From: Defluviitaleaceae bacterium
GTDB taxonomy: Bacteria > Bacillota > Clostridia > Lachnospirales > WRAX01
NCBI GenBank assembly: GCA_009779935.1
Contig: WRAX01000011.1
Span: forward strand, 539 to 64,538
Direction of reading: 5' to 3'
DNA: 64,000 bases
Shown: positions 18,690 through 28,586 of the stretch, one piece after another
Layout of the letters: each line of letters begins with the position of its first letter
Position numbering within the stretch: position 1 is the stretch's first letter
Notes under the pieces: generated by a model
Database searches by the model: none
The model's input: only the letters and a program-made list of their open reading frames with translations
Told to the model about the DNA's origin: nothing
Made by a program: the position numbers and the translations under genes

Positions 18690-20192
18690 ATGGCCGCAGA
18701 AAACACAGCAAGCGAAAAACGGCCGGGGAATGCTTTGCGCAACCCTTTGCGCCCATCAAAAATTTTTAATGTGGTGGTAGATGGTTTGCGTACCTTACGT
18801 TTTAAGCTATTTTTATCATATATTTTGGTTAGTGTTGTACCGCTGGTGGTTTTGTGGAGCTTTATAGCAGGCGTTATCCAAGAAGATTTTTTGGAGAGGG
18901 ATTTAGGGCATTTACGTTTTGGTGCAAGCCAAATTGCCACATCCCTTGCTGTGGGCGGGTTTATGGATGATGCCGATGCACGTTATCAACGTAGTGATTT
19001 TTTAATAGGGGAAAGCGCCCGTCTTGCCAGCCGCATTCTTGTAATGGATAATATGAGCATGGTTATTTTTGACAGCCAAGGTCTGATGGAAGGCGACACC
19101 CTGCACACCACTGATATTGTGATGGCCTTGGATGGCCACCACAGTTATAGTTATAACATAGGAAGTGAATCTACTGTAATACATTCTGCCGTTTCTATTT
19201 TGAATGAGGAGAATAATGTGGTGGGCGTTGTTATGTTGCACCATACCACAACCGAAGCTGCCGGTATCATCACCCGTATAAATGACCGTACCACACTGTT
19301 GCTTATTGGTATTGGGGTGGCTGTTTTGGTGGTTGTGTTATTTGTGGCATCTTGGCTATTGGGGCCCCTAAACCATGTTTTAACGGCGGTTAAAAGCATT
19401 TCGGAAGGGCATTTAGGTAAAAGAATAGAACTTAATGGAAAGGATGAAATTTCCGCCCTTGGGGGTGCTGTAAACCACATGGCACAAAAATTAGAGCGGG
19501 TGGAGCTAACAAGGCAGGAATTTGTTTCAAATGTATCCCACGAGCTTAAAACGCCCCTATCAGCTGTAAAAGTACTTAGCGAATCCCTTTTGCATAAAGA
19601 AGGGGTTGCAGATGCCACTTATCAAGAGTTTTTAGGTGATATTAATTCTGAGGTTGATAGGATGGCAGATATTATTGATGAATTGCTTACCCTTGTGCGT
19701 TTGGATGAGGTGGAATTGCCCCTTAATATTGATACATTCTCCATATCAGGCCTGCTGGAAGATGTTGTTAAACGTTTGCGCCCCATTGCCAACAAAAAGC
19801 GGGTTGTGATTGATATTAGCAATGCCGCCGAAATTTATGTGGAAGGGGATGAAATGAAACTTAGCCTTGCTATTACCAATTTAGTTGAAAATGCCATAAA
19901 ATACAGCCATGAAGAGGGTGTGGTTAAGGTGATGCTGGAAGTGGATGCCAAAAACGCCTTTATCACCGTGGCAGACGATGGCATTGGCATTAGCGAAGAA
20001 GACCAAGAAAGGGTTTTTTCCCGCTTTTTCCGTGCGGATAAGGGACGGGACAGGGAGACAGGGGGGACGGGCCTTGGCCTTGCCATCACCCATAAAACCA
20101 TATTATTACACAAGGGCAGCATAAAATTATCAAGCAAATTAGGCGAGGGCAGTATTTTTGCCGCCCGTATTCCGCTAAACCATAAGTTGTAG
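18690..20192 (+). CDS. Sensor histidine kinase (TM, extracellular domain, HAMP, HisKA, HATPase)
   Basis: Contains the H-box SHELKTPLSA, the N box ENAIKYS, and G boxes DDGIGI and GGTGLGLAI. Confidence 0.92.
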   Translation: MAAENTASEKRPGNALRNPLRPSKIFNVVVDGLRTLRFKLFLSYILVSVVPLVVLWSFIAGVIQEDFLERDLGHLRFGASQIATSLAVGGFMDDADARYQRSDFLIGESARLASRILVMDNMSMVIFDSQGLMEGDTLHTTDIVMALDGHHSYSYNIGSESTVIHSAVSILNEENNVVGVVMLHHTTTEAAGIITRINDRTTLLLIGIGVAVLVVVLFVASWLLGPLNHVLTAVKSISEGHLGKRIELNGKDEISALGGAVNHMAQKLERVELTRQEFVSNVSHELKTPLSAVKVLSESLLHKEGVADATYQEFLGDINSEVDRMADIIDELLTLVRLDEVELPLNIDTFSISGLLEDVVKRLRPIANKKRVVIDISNAAEIYVEGDEMKLSLAITNLVENAIKYSHEEGVVKVMLEVDAKNAFITVADDGIGISEEDQERVFSRFFRADKGRDRETGGTGLGLAITHKTILLHKGSIKLSSKLGEGSIFAARIPLNHKL

Positions 20193-20222
20193 ACGGGTAA
20201 TACCGTAGAAAGGCAGGAAAAA

Positions 20223-21236
20223 ATGCCAAACAAACCACGAAAAACACAAAAACCACGGAAAAGGCCGCCCACTTGGATTGTGGGGATTATTGCTTTGGCT
20301 TTGGCTATCGGGGTTGCGGCTTTAATTAGGTTTTTAGGGGATGATGATACGCAGCCCCCTACAATACCACCCCTTACACAAATAGTTAATGTGGAATTCC
20401 ATTTTCCTGTGTCGTATGCGGGCGGATGGGCGCAGGAGATGCGCCAATTTGAATATGCCCCCCATAATGACCTTATTTGGAGCGTGCTGATGGGGCTGTG
20501 GGCAGGCCCTAACACCCAAGGTTTGGAGCGCAGTGTGCCAAGGGGGCTTTATCTTGTACGCCATGCCCTGCATGAAGATACAGGGGAGCTGGAACTGCAC
20601 TTTCCGTCCGCTTTTTACGACTTAACAACCAGCCAACGCCTAAACTTAATAGTTTCTACGGTATACACTTTAACTGAGATTAACTTTATCCAAGGGGTGC
20701 TGTTTTTTGTGGATGGCCAGCCCCTGTTAGGTGGGGATGGGGAGGTTTTTGGGTTGCGCCATAGGGGCAATACCACCTTAGGTGTTGTGGAGCAACCACC
20801 TACAATTATCACCCTATACTTTCCCAACCGGCAATTTTTATGGTTGGTACGGGAATTTAGAAGCATCACTTATGACCCGCTGGTGGGCGTGGAAACCCAT
20901 GTGGTAAATGCCCTGATTGGCGGGCCAAGAACGGAAGGGTTTTATCCATCAATTCCACCGGAAACTGCCCTTAACAGCCCCGTGGAAAGGGTGGGTGATG
21001 TGGTTTTTGTTGATTTTACATCGGATTTTTTAACAAACCTTGGTGCAGGCTTTGCGCAAGAGGAGATGATGATTTTTTCGCTGGTAAATAGCTTGACGGA
21101 GATAGAGGGTAATAGATATGTGCAAATTATGATAGATGGGCTGGTTTTGCCCTATGACCATCAAAGCACCTTTCACATCGACCTTTCCCGCCCCATAGAG
21201 CGGGACGAAAGTTTGATTTTGAATGCCGGGTCTTAG
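20223..21236 (+). CDS. gerM: GerM-domain germination/sporulation protein (two GerMN repeats)
   Basis: Has an N-terminal TM anchor and two repeats of the GerMN pattern (LIGGP...GFYPSIP...V.F.DFT). Confidence 0.7.
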   Translation: MPNKPRKTQKPRKRPPTWIVGIIALALAIGVAALIRFLGDDDTQPPTIPPLTQIVNVEFHFPVSYAGGWAQEMRQFEYAPHNDLIWSVLMGLWAGPNTQGLERSVPRGLYLVRHALHEDTGELELHFPSAFYDLTTSQRLNLIVSTVYTLTEINFIQGVLFFVDGQPLLGGDGEVFGLRHRGNTTLGVVEQPPTIITLYFPNRQFLWLVREFRSITYDPLVGVETHVVNALIGGPRTEGFYPSIPPETALNSPVERVGDVVFVDFTSDFLTNLGAGFAQEEMMIFSLVNSLTEIEGNRYVQIMIDGLVLPYDHQSTFHIDLSRPIERDESLILNAGS

Positions 21237-21356
21237 AACCTATGTTCAATAAGCTGTTGCACGCATTTTCGGCTGATTTTACGCCACTCTGCGCTAGGCA
21301 AATCCTTGTGTGCCAAATAACCTTGTAAAACAAGCAACCACAAAAGGGGCAATACC

Positions 21357-23699
21357 ATGGCAAGGCCAATGATTTGGGTTTTCATATTTTTGGCGGGCGG
21401 CATCCTGTTTGGGCGGTTTTTTGCCGCCTATAACCTGTTGCCGCTTTTTCTTGTATTTGCATGTGTTTCAGCGGGCGGTATTTTCTTCATCTATCGCCGT
21501 AAAATTGCCTTTGTGCTGCCTGTTTTTGCGGTTTTAGGGGTAATGCTTATTGGTAACACCCTAATCCCTACCAATTATATTTTGGAACAAGCAGCCCAGC
21601 GGCAGGGTTTTGTGCGCATAGAAGGGGTAGTGCAGGATATATCCCTTACCCGGGCAGGGCGTTACCGCATTTCGGTGCGCACTATGGCCTTTTCCCAAGC
21701 CCCGGAGCATTTAATGCACCAGGCAACCCTAAATATACAAGCCCATTTGCCGGAAGGGGTGGGGGCGGCCTTAGGGCAAAGGGTGGTGCTGACGGGTTAT
21801 ATAACCACCCTGGATACAGCCCGCAATCCCGGTGGTTTTGATGAATTTCAGTTTCTGCGAAGCCGTGGTATAGAATACCGCATGTTTGTGGAAGCTGCCC
21901 AAACCTACGAAATAAGTATGACACCGGCAATGCACATACGCAATTTTGGCTTAAGCCTGTCCGCTGTTTTTGGCAATGTATTGCCCAATCATCAAGCCGG
22001 CATAATGTCTGCTATGGTGGTGGGGGACCGCAGCGGGCTGGATGGGGATGTGCGTAGCCTTTACAGCTCTGTTGGCATGTTTCATATTTTGGTGGTATCC
22101 GGTTTGCATGTTAATATTTTATCACTTTTATTCGGCAAGGGGTTGGAAAAGCTTGGGATAAAGTCCCTTAAAAAGCGGGGGTTGGCAACCATTGCTTTCA
22201 TCATCCTTTTTACGGTTTTGACGGGGGCAGGGGTGGCCACGGTGCGTGCCGCCATTATGGGTATTATCTTAATCCTAACAAGCCTTGCGGGTTTTGAAGG
22301 TGATACGCCCACATCCCTTGCCATAGCCGCCATTGCCTTGTTGTTGCACCAGCCCCTGTTTTTGTTTGATTTGGGCTTTATTTACAGTTTTACCATGGTA
22401 CTAACATTGGTGGCACTAACCCCGCCAATAGAAAAATGCCTTTCTAAAATTAAAAGTAAGCCTATCAGAAAATTTGCGGCATTTAATATCGCCGCAACTG
22501 CTGTATACACCCTTATTAACGCCCACTTTTTCTACGAATTTTCGCCATACGCCCTTGTGGCCAACCTGCTTATTATGCCCACGGTGGCAATAACCCTTGG
22601 TTTTGGCTTGCTAACTGCTTTTGCGGGGCTTTTTAGCACTTTTTTGGCACAAATCTTTGCCTTTCCCTTGTGGGTGCTGTTAAGTCTGTACCAACTTATC
22701 ATGGAAGCCATTTTGCACCTGCCCCATGCCGTGTTGCTTACGGGCAGGCCAAGCCCTGTAACCCTAATAACCCTAACCACCGCAATAATCGCCTTTATGT
22801 TAATTGTTAATAAAGGCAAACAAATGGCAAAGCGTTTGGCAACTATGTCGGTGGCGGTTTTATCCGTGTTATCCGTATCATCCGTGGTTGGGGCTTTAAG
22901 TCCTCAAATAAATATCACATTTTTGGATGTGGGACAAGGCAAATCTACTGTAATTTCAAGAAACGGGCAAGCGGTGGTAATTGATGGCGGCGGCATTTTC
23001 GGGCGGGAAGCAGGGGAAAACACAGGTACATTAACCCTAATACCATATCTAAATTTTCGTGGTGTAAGCACTGCTACCGCCATTGTAACCCATAATTGTC
23101 GCGACCATAAGTTGGGCATTATCGAAGCTACCGAGGCCGGGCGCATCCACCACATTATAATGGCAACAGCAAACAGCGAGCCGGGCAGGCCGCTGTATGA
23201 TAGGTTGTTGCAAGCGGCACACGCCAATGGTGCGCCCATTACCTATGTATCAGCAGGGGATATGTTGGATTTTCACGGAAAACACTTGTATATAATTTTC
23301 CCGTATGCCCAGCAACTTTTTGGGGGCGGCAACAACTCATCCATAGTAATTATGGCGGTTTATGGCGAGCATAGCATACTACTAACCGCTGATATTGAAG
23401 CCGAGGCGGAAGCTTATTTGGTTGTAAACCGCAACCTGTCCGCCCAAATTTTGCAGGTGGCCCACCATGGCAGCCGCACATCTACCACAGAAGGGTTTTT
23501 GCAGGCGGTAAGCCCACAGGCGGCAATAATTTCGGCAGGGCGCAATAATATGTACGGCCATCCCCATACCGGTGTTACAAGCCGACTAAATTACCAAGGT
23601 GTGCCCTATTTTAACACGGCAACCCATGGGGCAATATTAATACGCACAAATGGCAGCCGGATGACTGTAAATACAATGTTAAACCCAAGGGAGAATTAA
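21357..23699 (+). CDS. comEC: DNA internalization competence protein ComEC/Rec2
   Basis: A polytopic competence domain (GMFHILVVSGLHV) followed by a C-terminal metallo-beta-lactamase domain (FLDVGQG...HHGS). Confidence 0.92.
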   Translation: MARPMIWVFIFLAGGILFGRFFAAYNLLPLFLVFACVSAGGIFFIYRRKIAFVLPVFAVLGVMLIGNTLIPTNYILEQAAQRQGFVRIEGVVQDISLTRAGRYRISVRTMAFSQAPEHLMHQATLNIQAHLPEGVGAALGQRVVLTGYITTLDTARNPGGFDEFQFLRSRGIEYRMFVEAAQTYEISMTPAMHIRNFGLSLSAVFGNVLPNHQAGIMSAMVVGDRSGLDGDVRSLYSSVGMFHILVVSGLHVNILSLLFGKGLEKLGIKSLKKRGLATIAFIILFTVLTGAGVATVRAAIMGIILILTSLAGFEGDTPTSLAIAAIALLLHQPLFLFDLGFIYSFTMVLTLVALTPPIEKCLSKIKSKPIRKFAAFNIAATAVYTLINAHFFYEFSPYALVANLLIMPTVAITLGFGLLTAFAGLFSTFLAQIFAFPLWVLLSLYQLIMEAILHLPHAVLLTGRPSPVTLITLTTAIIAFMLIVNKGKQMAKRLATMSVAVLSVLSVSSVVGALSPQINITFLDVGQGKSTVISRNGQAVVIDGGGIFGREAGENTGTLTLIPYLNFRGVSTATAIVTHNCRDHKLGIIEATEAGRIHHIIMATANSEPGRPLYDRLLQAAHANGAPITYVSAGDMLDFHGKHLYIIFPYAQQLFGGGNNSSIVIMAVYGEHSILLTADIEAEAEAYLVVNRNLSAQILQVAHHGSRTSTTEGFLQAVSPQAAIISAGRNNMYGHPHTGVTSRLNYQGVPYFNTATHGAILIRTNGSRMTVNTMLNPREN

Positions 23700-23701
23700 T
23701 T

Positions 23702-24688
23702 ATGAAGGTTTTGAACGAGCATATAAAATCAGGCAAATTTGCCCCTGTATACCTTTTCCATGGCGCAGAAAGCTTTTTGCTGCGCCACTGGCAAAAACGG
23801 CTGGTGGATGCGGTTGCGCCTGATGCAAGCTCTTTTAATACGGAGGTGTTGGATGCCAAAACATCAGCTTCAGATATCATTGCATCTTCCGAAACACTGC
23901 CTTTTATGGCAAGCTACCGCCTAATAATCCTTAAAAACACAGGCCTTTTTGAAACAGGCCGCAAAGATGATGCAGAAGCCCTTGCCGCATATATACCCCA
24001 AATACCCGAAACCACAGTGATAATGTTTGTGGAAGCAGGCGTGGATAAGCGGGGCAGGCTGTACAAAAGGGTTAAGGATGCCGGGCTTGCGGCAGAAGCT
24101 GAAACCCCAAGCGAAGCCGATTTAATGGATTGGGCAATAAAAATGTGCGCCAGCCGTGGCAAAAAGTTAGCCCGCCCCGCCGCCGCCCATATGATGCGCA
24201 GCGTAACGGGGGATATGCAACTTTTGCATAACGAGCTGGAAAAGCTAATAGCCCATGCAGGGGATGATGCAGAAATTACCATAACGGATATCGATGCACT
24301 TTGCACCAAATCCCTTGATGTTAAGGTTTTTGACCTAATGAAGGCGGTGGGGGCAGGCAATGCCAAAGCTGCCGCCAAAATGTACAGCGATTTGATGACG
24401 CTAAAAGAATCCCCCTTTATGGTGCTGTCCATGATGGCTCGCCAATACCGTTTTTATATCCAATGCAGCTATTTAGCGAAAAAGGGTGTGGCACAAAAGG
24501 ATATTGCATCAAAATTAAGCCAGCACCCATTTGCGGTAAAAGAATTTGTAGCAGGTGCAAAAAACCTTACCCAGCAAGCCATGATAAATGCCCTAAACCA
24601 ATGTTTGGAAACGGATTTTGCAATAAAAAGCGGCAAAATAAATGATGCCGCCGCTGTGGAGCTGTTAATAATCAAACTTTGCAGTTAA
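23702..24688 (+). CDS. holA: DNA polymerase III delta subunit
   Basis: The N-terminus PVYLFHGAESFLL matches, with HolA length and helical C-terminus, and the gene lies after comEC as in other Firmicutes. Confidence 0.88.
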   Translation: MKVLNEHIKSGKFAPVYLFHGAESFLLRHWQKRLVDAVAPDASSFNTEVLDAKTSASDIIASSETLPFMASYRLIILKNTGLFETGRKDDAEALAAYIPQIPETTVIMFVEAGVDKRGRLYKRVKDAGLAAEAETPSEADLMDWAIKMCASRGKKLARPAAAHMMRSVTGDMQLLHNELEKLIAHAGDDAEITITDIDALCTKSLDVKVFDLMKAVGAGNAKAAAKMYSDLMTLKESPFMVLSMMARQYRFYIQCSYLAKKGVAQKDIASKLSQHPFAVKEFVAGAKNLTQQAMINALNQCLETDFAIKSGKINDAAAVELLIIKLCS

Positions 24689-24798
24689 GTAAATAGCAAG
24701 CTCATATTTTTGCTTTGTTGTGGAATAGTATGTACTACACAATATAAGAACCTACGACCCATTATTGACCGTAGGTTCCAAATCTAAGAGGTGAGGAT

Positions 24799-25563
24799 AT
24801 GACAAAGAAAAAAATAAGCCCCTTGCGGGCAACAAAGGTTTTGGTTTTGGGGGCTTTGGCATTGTTGGCATTGGTGTTTGCCCTGCCTGTGGTGTACACA
24901 GTTTTTGGGGCGGATAAGATGCTGCCCATCTATTCGGTGCAAACACCTGAAAAGGTGGTTGCCATCACCTTTGATGCGGCTTGGGGGGCAGATGACACCG
25001 ATATACTTATTGAAATTTTAGCGGAATATGATGTAAAGGCCACATTTTTCATCTGCGGCTATTGGGTTACAAAATATCCCGATGCGGTGCGCAAATTCCA
25101 CGAAGCCGGGCATGACATTGCAAACCATGGTGACACCCACGCCCATGTGGCAAGCCTAGGGTTTGAGCAAAATGTGGAAGAAATTGCCGCAGCCCATACC
25201 CGTGTTTTAGGGCTTTTGGGTGTGGAAATGGATTTGTACCGCCCACCCTATGGGGAATATAATGATACGGTGCTAAAAGCTGCCCAATCCCTTAATTATC
25301 ACACCATCCAATGGGATGTGGATAGTTTGGACTGGAAAAGGCCAACCCCCGATGCTATGGTGGAGCGTGTTGTAAATCACAAAGCCTTGCAAAATGGCTC
25401 TATCTTATTGTTTCATAATGATATACCCGAAACACCCATCGCCCTGCGCAAAATTTTAGCAGAGCTAAAAAATAAGGGCTATGGTTTTGTACCTGTGTCA
25501 CAACTTATCCATCGTGGAGAATTTAAGTTGGACCATACAGGGCGGCAAATACCCATACAATAG
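24799..25563 (+). CDS. Polysaccharide deacetylase (NodB homology domain)
   Basis: Contains FDAAWGADDT, HGDTHAH, RPPYGEYN and LLFHND motifs, with a signal anchor. Confidence 0.9.
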   Translation: MTKKKISPLRATKVLVLGALALLALVFALPVVYTVFGADKMLPIYSVQTPEKVVAITFDAAWGADDTDILIEILAEYDVKATFFICGYWVTKYPDAVRKFHEAGHDIANHGDTHAHVASLGFEQNVEEIAAAHTRVLGLLGVEMDLYRPPYGEYNDTVLKAAQSLNYHTIQWDVDSLDWKRPTPDAMVERVVNHKALQNGSILLFHNDIPETPIALRKILAELKNKGYGFVPVSQLIHRGEFKLDHTGRQIPIQ

Positions 25564-25574
25564 ACGGCATTTGA

Positions 25575-25607
25575 AAACGGATGCTCTACTTAAGGGCATC
25601 CGTTTTT
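25575..25607. terminator. Bidirectional terminator between convergent genes
   Basis: AAAACGGATGC-loop-GCATCCGTTTTTT. Confidence 0.75.
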
Positions 25608-25624
25608 TATGTGATATTTTTGGG

Positions 25625-26524
25625 TTATTCAAAAAAACTCATGCGGTTTTTGGCATATTCTACAAAATTCTCCATCGAACTTAGCACATTTTCAAAGTTT
25701 ACACATTCGTCCATTTGCCCACCCCTTATAACCGCTTCGGAAGTGAACGAGTATCGGGCGATTGGTACGGGTATGGCCGTACCATGTGGATTCAATATCT
25801 CTAAAGTGGTGCGATTACCATTAAAACTTGCATCTCTTTCCACACTACGGAAGGCAGCTCGGGTATTGACGGGTCCGGCACCGCACAGGCTGCCTTCGTA
25901 GTAAGTAACAGTAAACACAGCTAATTCTAAGCCTAATTCATTCGATAATTCATAAACATAGCTTAGAATTTCAAAATCAATCTCCAATTGCCTGTCCACA
26001 TCAATGTAATCCCGTATTATACTAATACTCACACTATTACTTCTGCCCCTGCTAATGGTTACATATCTTAATTGCGCAGGTATGCTCCAACCCACAAATC
26101 TGTTTACATCGTACATTTCCGGCATCAATTCATTCATTCTGGATATTAGCCTAACCCTATATTGATGGTAATGATAGGGAAAGCTCACAGTATAAATGCC
26201 ATTCCTATAAGAAACCTCCGCTCCTAATCCTCCGTCTAGCTTAGAAAATACATAAGCAAACCATTCGTCGGTATTCATGTTAACTGCTACATAAGTTTCT
26301 TCCCGAGCTGCAACAAAACCGGGAAATTCTTTCATTACCATTGCAATGGCTATATCGATTTTTTCCTCTGCTATGTCATGGTCTAACGTTGGTATTGTCT
26401 GTGGCTCTATCTTTTGTGCAACCTCATTCAAAAATTCATTCAAAAATTGCCCGCACCCGGTTAGAAAGGCAAATGTGAATAGCAAAATACATAATGATAG
26501 AATTGCTTTATGTGCCCTTTTCAT
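25625..26524 (-). CDS. Lipoprotein, hypothetical
   Basis: A signal peptide with the lipobox LTGC; no known domain. Confidence 0.6.
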   Translation of the reverse strand: MKRAHKAILSLCILLFTFAFLTGCGQFLNEFLNEVAQKIEPQTIPTLDHDIAEEKIDIAIAMVMKEFPGFVAAREETYVAVNMNTDEWFAYVFSKLDGGLGAEVSYRNGIYTVSFPYHYHQYRVRLISRMNELMPEMYDVNRFVGWSIPAQLRYVTISRGRSNSVSISIIRDYIDVDRQLEIDFEILSYVYELSNELGLELAVFTVTYYEGSLCGAGPVNTRAAFRSVERDASFNGNRTTLEILNPHGTAIPVPIARYSFTSEAVIRGGQMDECVNFENVLSSMENFVEYAKNRMSFFE

Positions 26525-26634
26525 ATTTTCTTTACCGCCTTTTCTTAATCTTTTCGGAAAATATGATTATAACACACCTACCCATAAAATACTACCCACA
26601 ATCTACATAGGACATGTAAAAAATTACAGAGCGA

Positions 26635-27882
26635 CTATTCGCTGTTTCCAATTTCACCTATTTTAGGCAATGTACGTATCCGCTTGGAGGATATCAAGCA
26701 AATGCCGATAAGTACGTAGGATGCACCTTGCAACATGAAAATTAGGTTTACATCCCCAAGCCACCTTCCTAAAAAGCCACCGGCCAAGGCACCAAGGGCA
26801 ACTGCCACAGCGGACAGGCTTTTAATGGAAGTGTCCACACGGCTGATGATGCCCTTTGGCGGCAGTTTTTGCACCAACACATGAAAAAATATTGAAATCA
26901 TACTGCCAAGGCCGATGTACATGACATAAACCAAAATACCGGCAACCACGTGATGCTGTATAGTTTGCACAAAACCAATGCGCACCGCACCGGCAAGCAA
27001 AAAGCCGCCCACAAGGATTTTCCAAAGTGCAAATTTCTTATCAACCATACCCACGATGATGGAGCCTACTAAGCTACCTGTCAAGGCAAGCATGGATAGT
27101 ATTATGTAGCCGGATGCGTCCCCCATATGCAGTTCTGCAAAAGCAGGGAAGTTTACATAAGCCACATCGTTAAAAAATGACATGGAAATGGTTGCGGCAA
27201 TAAGCGGTAGCATAACACCTTTTCTGGCGAAGGCAAAACCCTGTTTAAGCTCGGCAAAATACGCTTTTGTGGTGGATTTGCCGGCCTTTCTACCCTCAGG
27301 GCTGCGCAACAACAAGGCAAAAAACATGGAAACCGCCAGCGTGCCGGCCAATATTATATACAACGGACCAAAGCCCCCGTCACCGTTGATGGCATTGCGC
27401 AACAGCACAATCATTGTGCCGCCAATTATCAAACCGCCCGTAATGCCCGTAATATTAGTTGCCACATTGGCTTTTACTATGTCATCCCCATCCACAATGC
27501 GGGGCAGTAGGGAAGTGTATGCGGTGCTGCTAAACACAGTGCCCACACGGAAAAGGAAGATGCCTGCAAAAAACAGCCACACGCCGGGGTAATAAATTAA
27601 GTGGGATGCCAAAATTGCCGCTGCAACACCCATTTTTAGGAATGTGGTAAAGCGTAGCACCACAGCCTTATTCCATCTATCCACCCAAGGGCCTGCAATA
27701 AAGCCCAGCACCATGGGGGCGGCAAGCATAAAGCCCGCAATGCCTGTGTAAACGGGGTTTTGATAGGTATAATGCACAACCCACATCATAAACATGCTAA
27801 ACATGCCATCCCCAATGCCAAGGAATGTGGAAAACATTAAAAATTTGCGAAAGTTGGGATTTTCCTTAAAAAGCTTAATCAT
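26635..27882 (-). CDS. MFS transporter
   Basis: Shows a roughly 12-TM hydrophobic pattern. The likely start, MIKLFKEN, overlaps the padR stop by 8 nt. Confidence 0.85.
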   Translation of the reverse strand: MIKLFKENPNFRKFLMFSTFLGIGDGMFSMFMMWVVHYTYQNPVYTGIAGFMLAAPMVLGFIAGPWVDRWNKAVVLRFTTFLKMGVAAAILASHLIYYPGVWLFFAGIFLFRVGTVFSSTAYTSLLPRIVDGDDIVKANVATNITGITGGLIIGGTMIVLLRNAINGDGGFGPLYIILAGTLAVSMFFALLLRSPEGRKAGKSTTKAYFAELKQGFAFARKGVMLPLIAATISMSFFNDVAYVNFPAFAELHMGDASGYIILSMLALTGSLVGSIIVGMVDKKFALWKILVGGFLLAGAVRIGFVQTIQHHVVAGILVYVMYIGLGSMISIFFHVLVQKLPPKGIISRVDTSIKSLSAVAVALGALAGGFLGRWLGDVNLIFMLQGASYVLIGICLISSKRIRTLPKIGEIGNSE

Positions 27883-28441
27883 TTTTACCGCCCTCCAAAT
27901 TTTCCAGTTTGTTAATACAATCTTGCGCCCACTCAATCATTGCTTTTACTTCTGCAATGCCGTATGCGTGGGTCATTTCCCAGTACAAAGCCTCCCTTTC
28001 CCCGTTTGGCGAAATTGCCTTGTAATGGTTAATATTGGCTTGGTTTTCGGGTGCTTGCGCACCCAAGGCGGCTTTTGCCGCATCCCTAAGGCTAATCAAA
28101 ATTTCCAATATCCTATCCGGTGCCGCCGACCCGAAGAAGATGTACATTAGCAGGGGGCTGTGGCGGTTTTTAATTAGGTTTGCCGGGGTGTGCATCCACT
28201 TAACAAATTCTGCTTGCCCATTTTCTGTAATGGCATATACCCGCTTGTTGGGCTTGCCATGCTGCACCACGTTTTGGGATGTAACCCAGCCCAACTCTTC
28301 CATCCTATTAAGCTCCCTGTAAATTTGGCTTGCCTGTGCGTGCCAAAATTTGTTAAGGGAAACCTCGAACAGTTTTGCCAGTTCATACCCTGTCCTTTCC
28401 TTGTATTGCAAAAGCCCCAGTAGGCCATGGGGTAATGACAT
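27875..28441 (-). CDS. PadR-family transcriptional regulator
   Basis: LPHGLLGLLQYKERTGYELAKLF...WHAQASQIYRELNRMEELGWV is a PadR winged helix. A GAGGTG RBS precedes the ATG at 28441. Confidence 0.9.
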   Translation of the reverse strand: MSLPHGLLGLLQYKERTGYELAKLFEVSLNKFWHAQASQIYRELNRMEELGWVTSQNVVQHGKPNKRVYAITENGQAEFVKWMHTPANLIKNRHSPLLMYIFFGSAAPDRILEILISLRDAAKAALGAQAPENQANINHYKAISPNGEREALYWEMTHAYGIAEVKAMIEWAQDCINKLENLEGGKND

Positions 28442-28452
28442 ATAATCACCTC

Positions 28453-28482
28453 GTATGATATTATACTGATATAATATCATAC
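28453..28482. promoter_or_regulatory. Perfect 13 bp inverted repeat, a likely PadR operator
   Basis: GTATGATATTATA-ctga-TATAATATCATAC lies immediately upstream of the padR RBS. Confidence 0.55.
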
Positions 28483-28586
28483 TGGTTTAATATTGTCAAG
28501 AACTTTTTTATGGTAGAATTATTGCTGCATTGCAAACGCATAGTAATTGTGATATTATAGTTTAGACTTCAATTTATGGAGGGCAT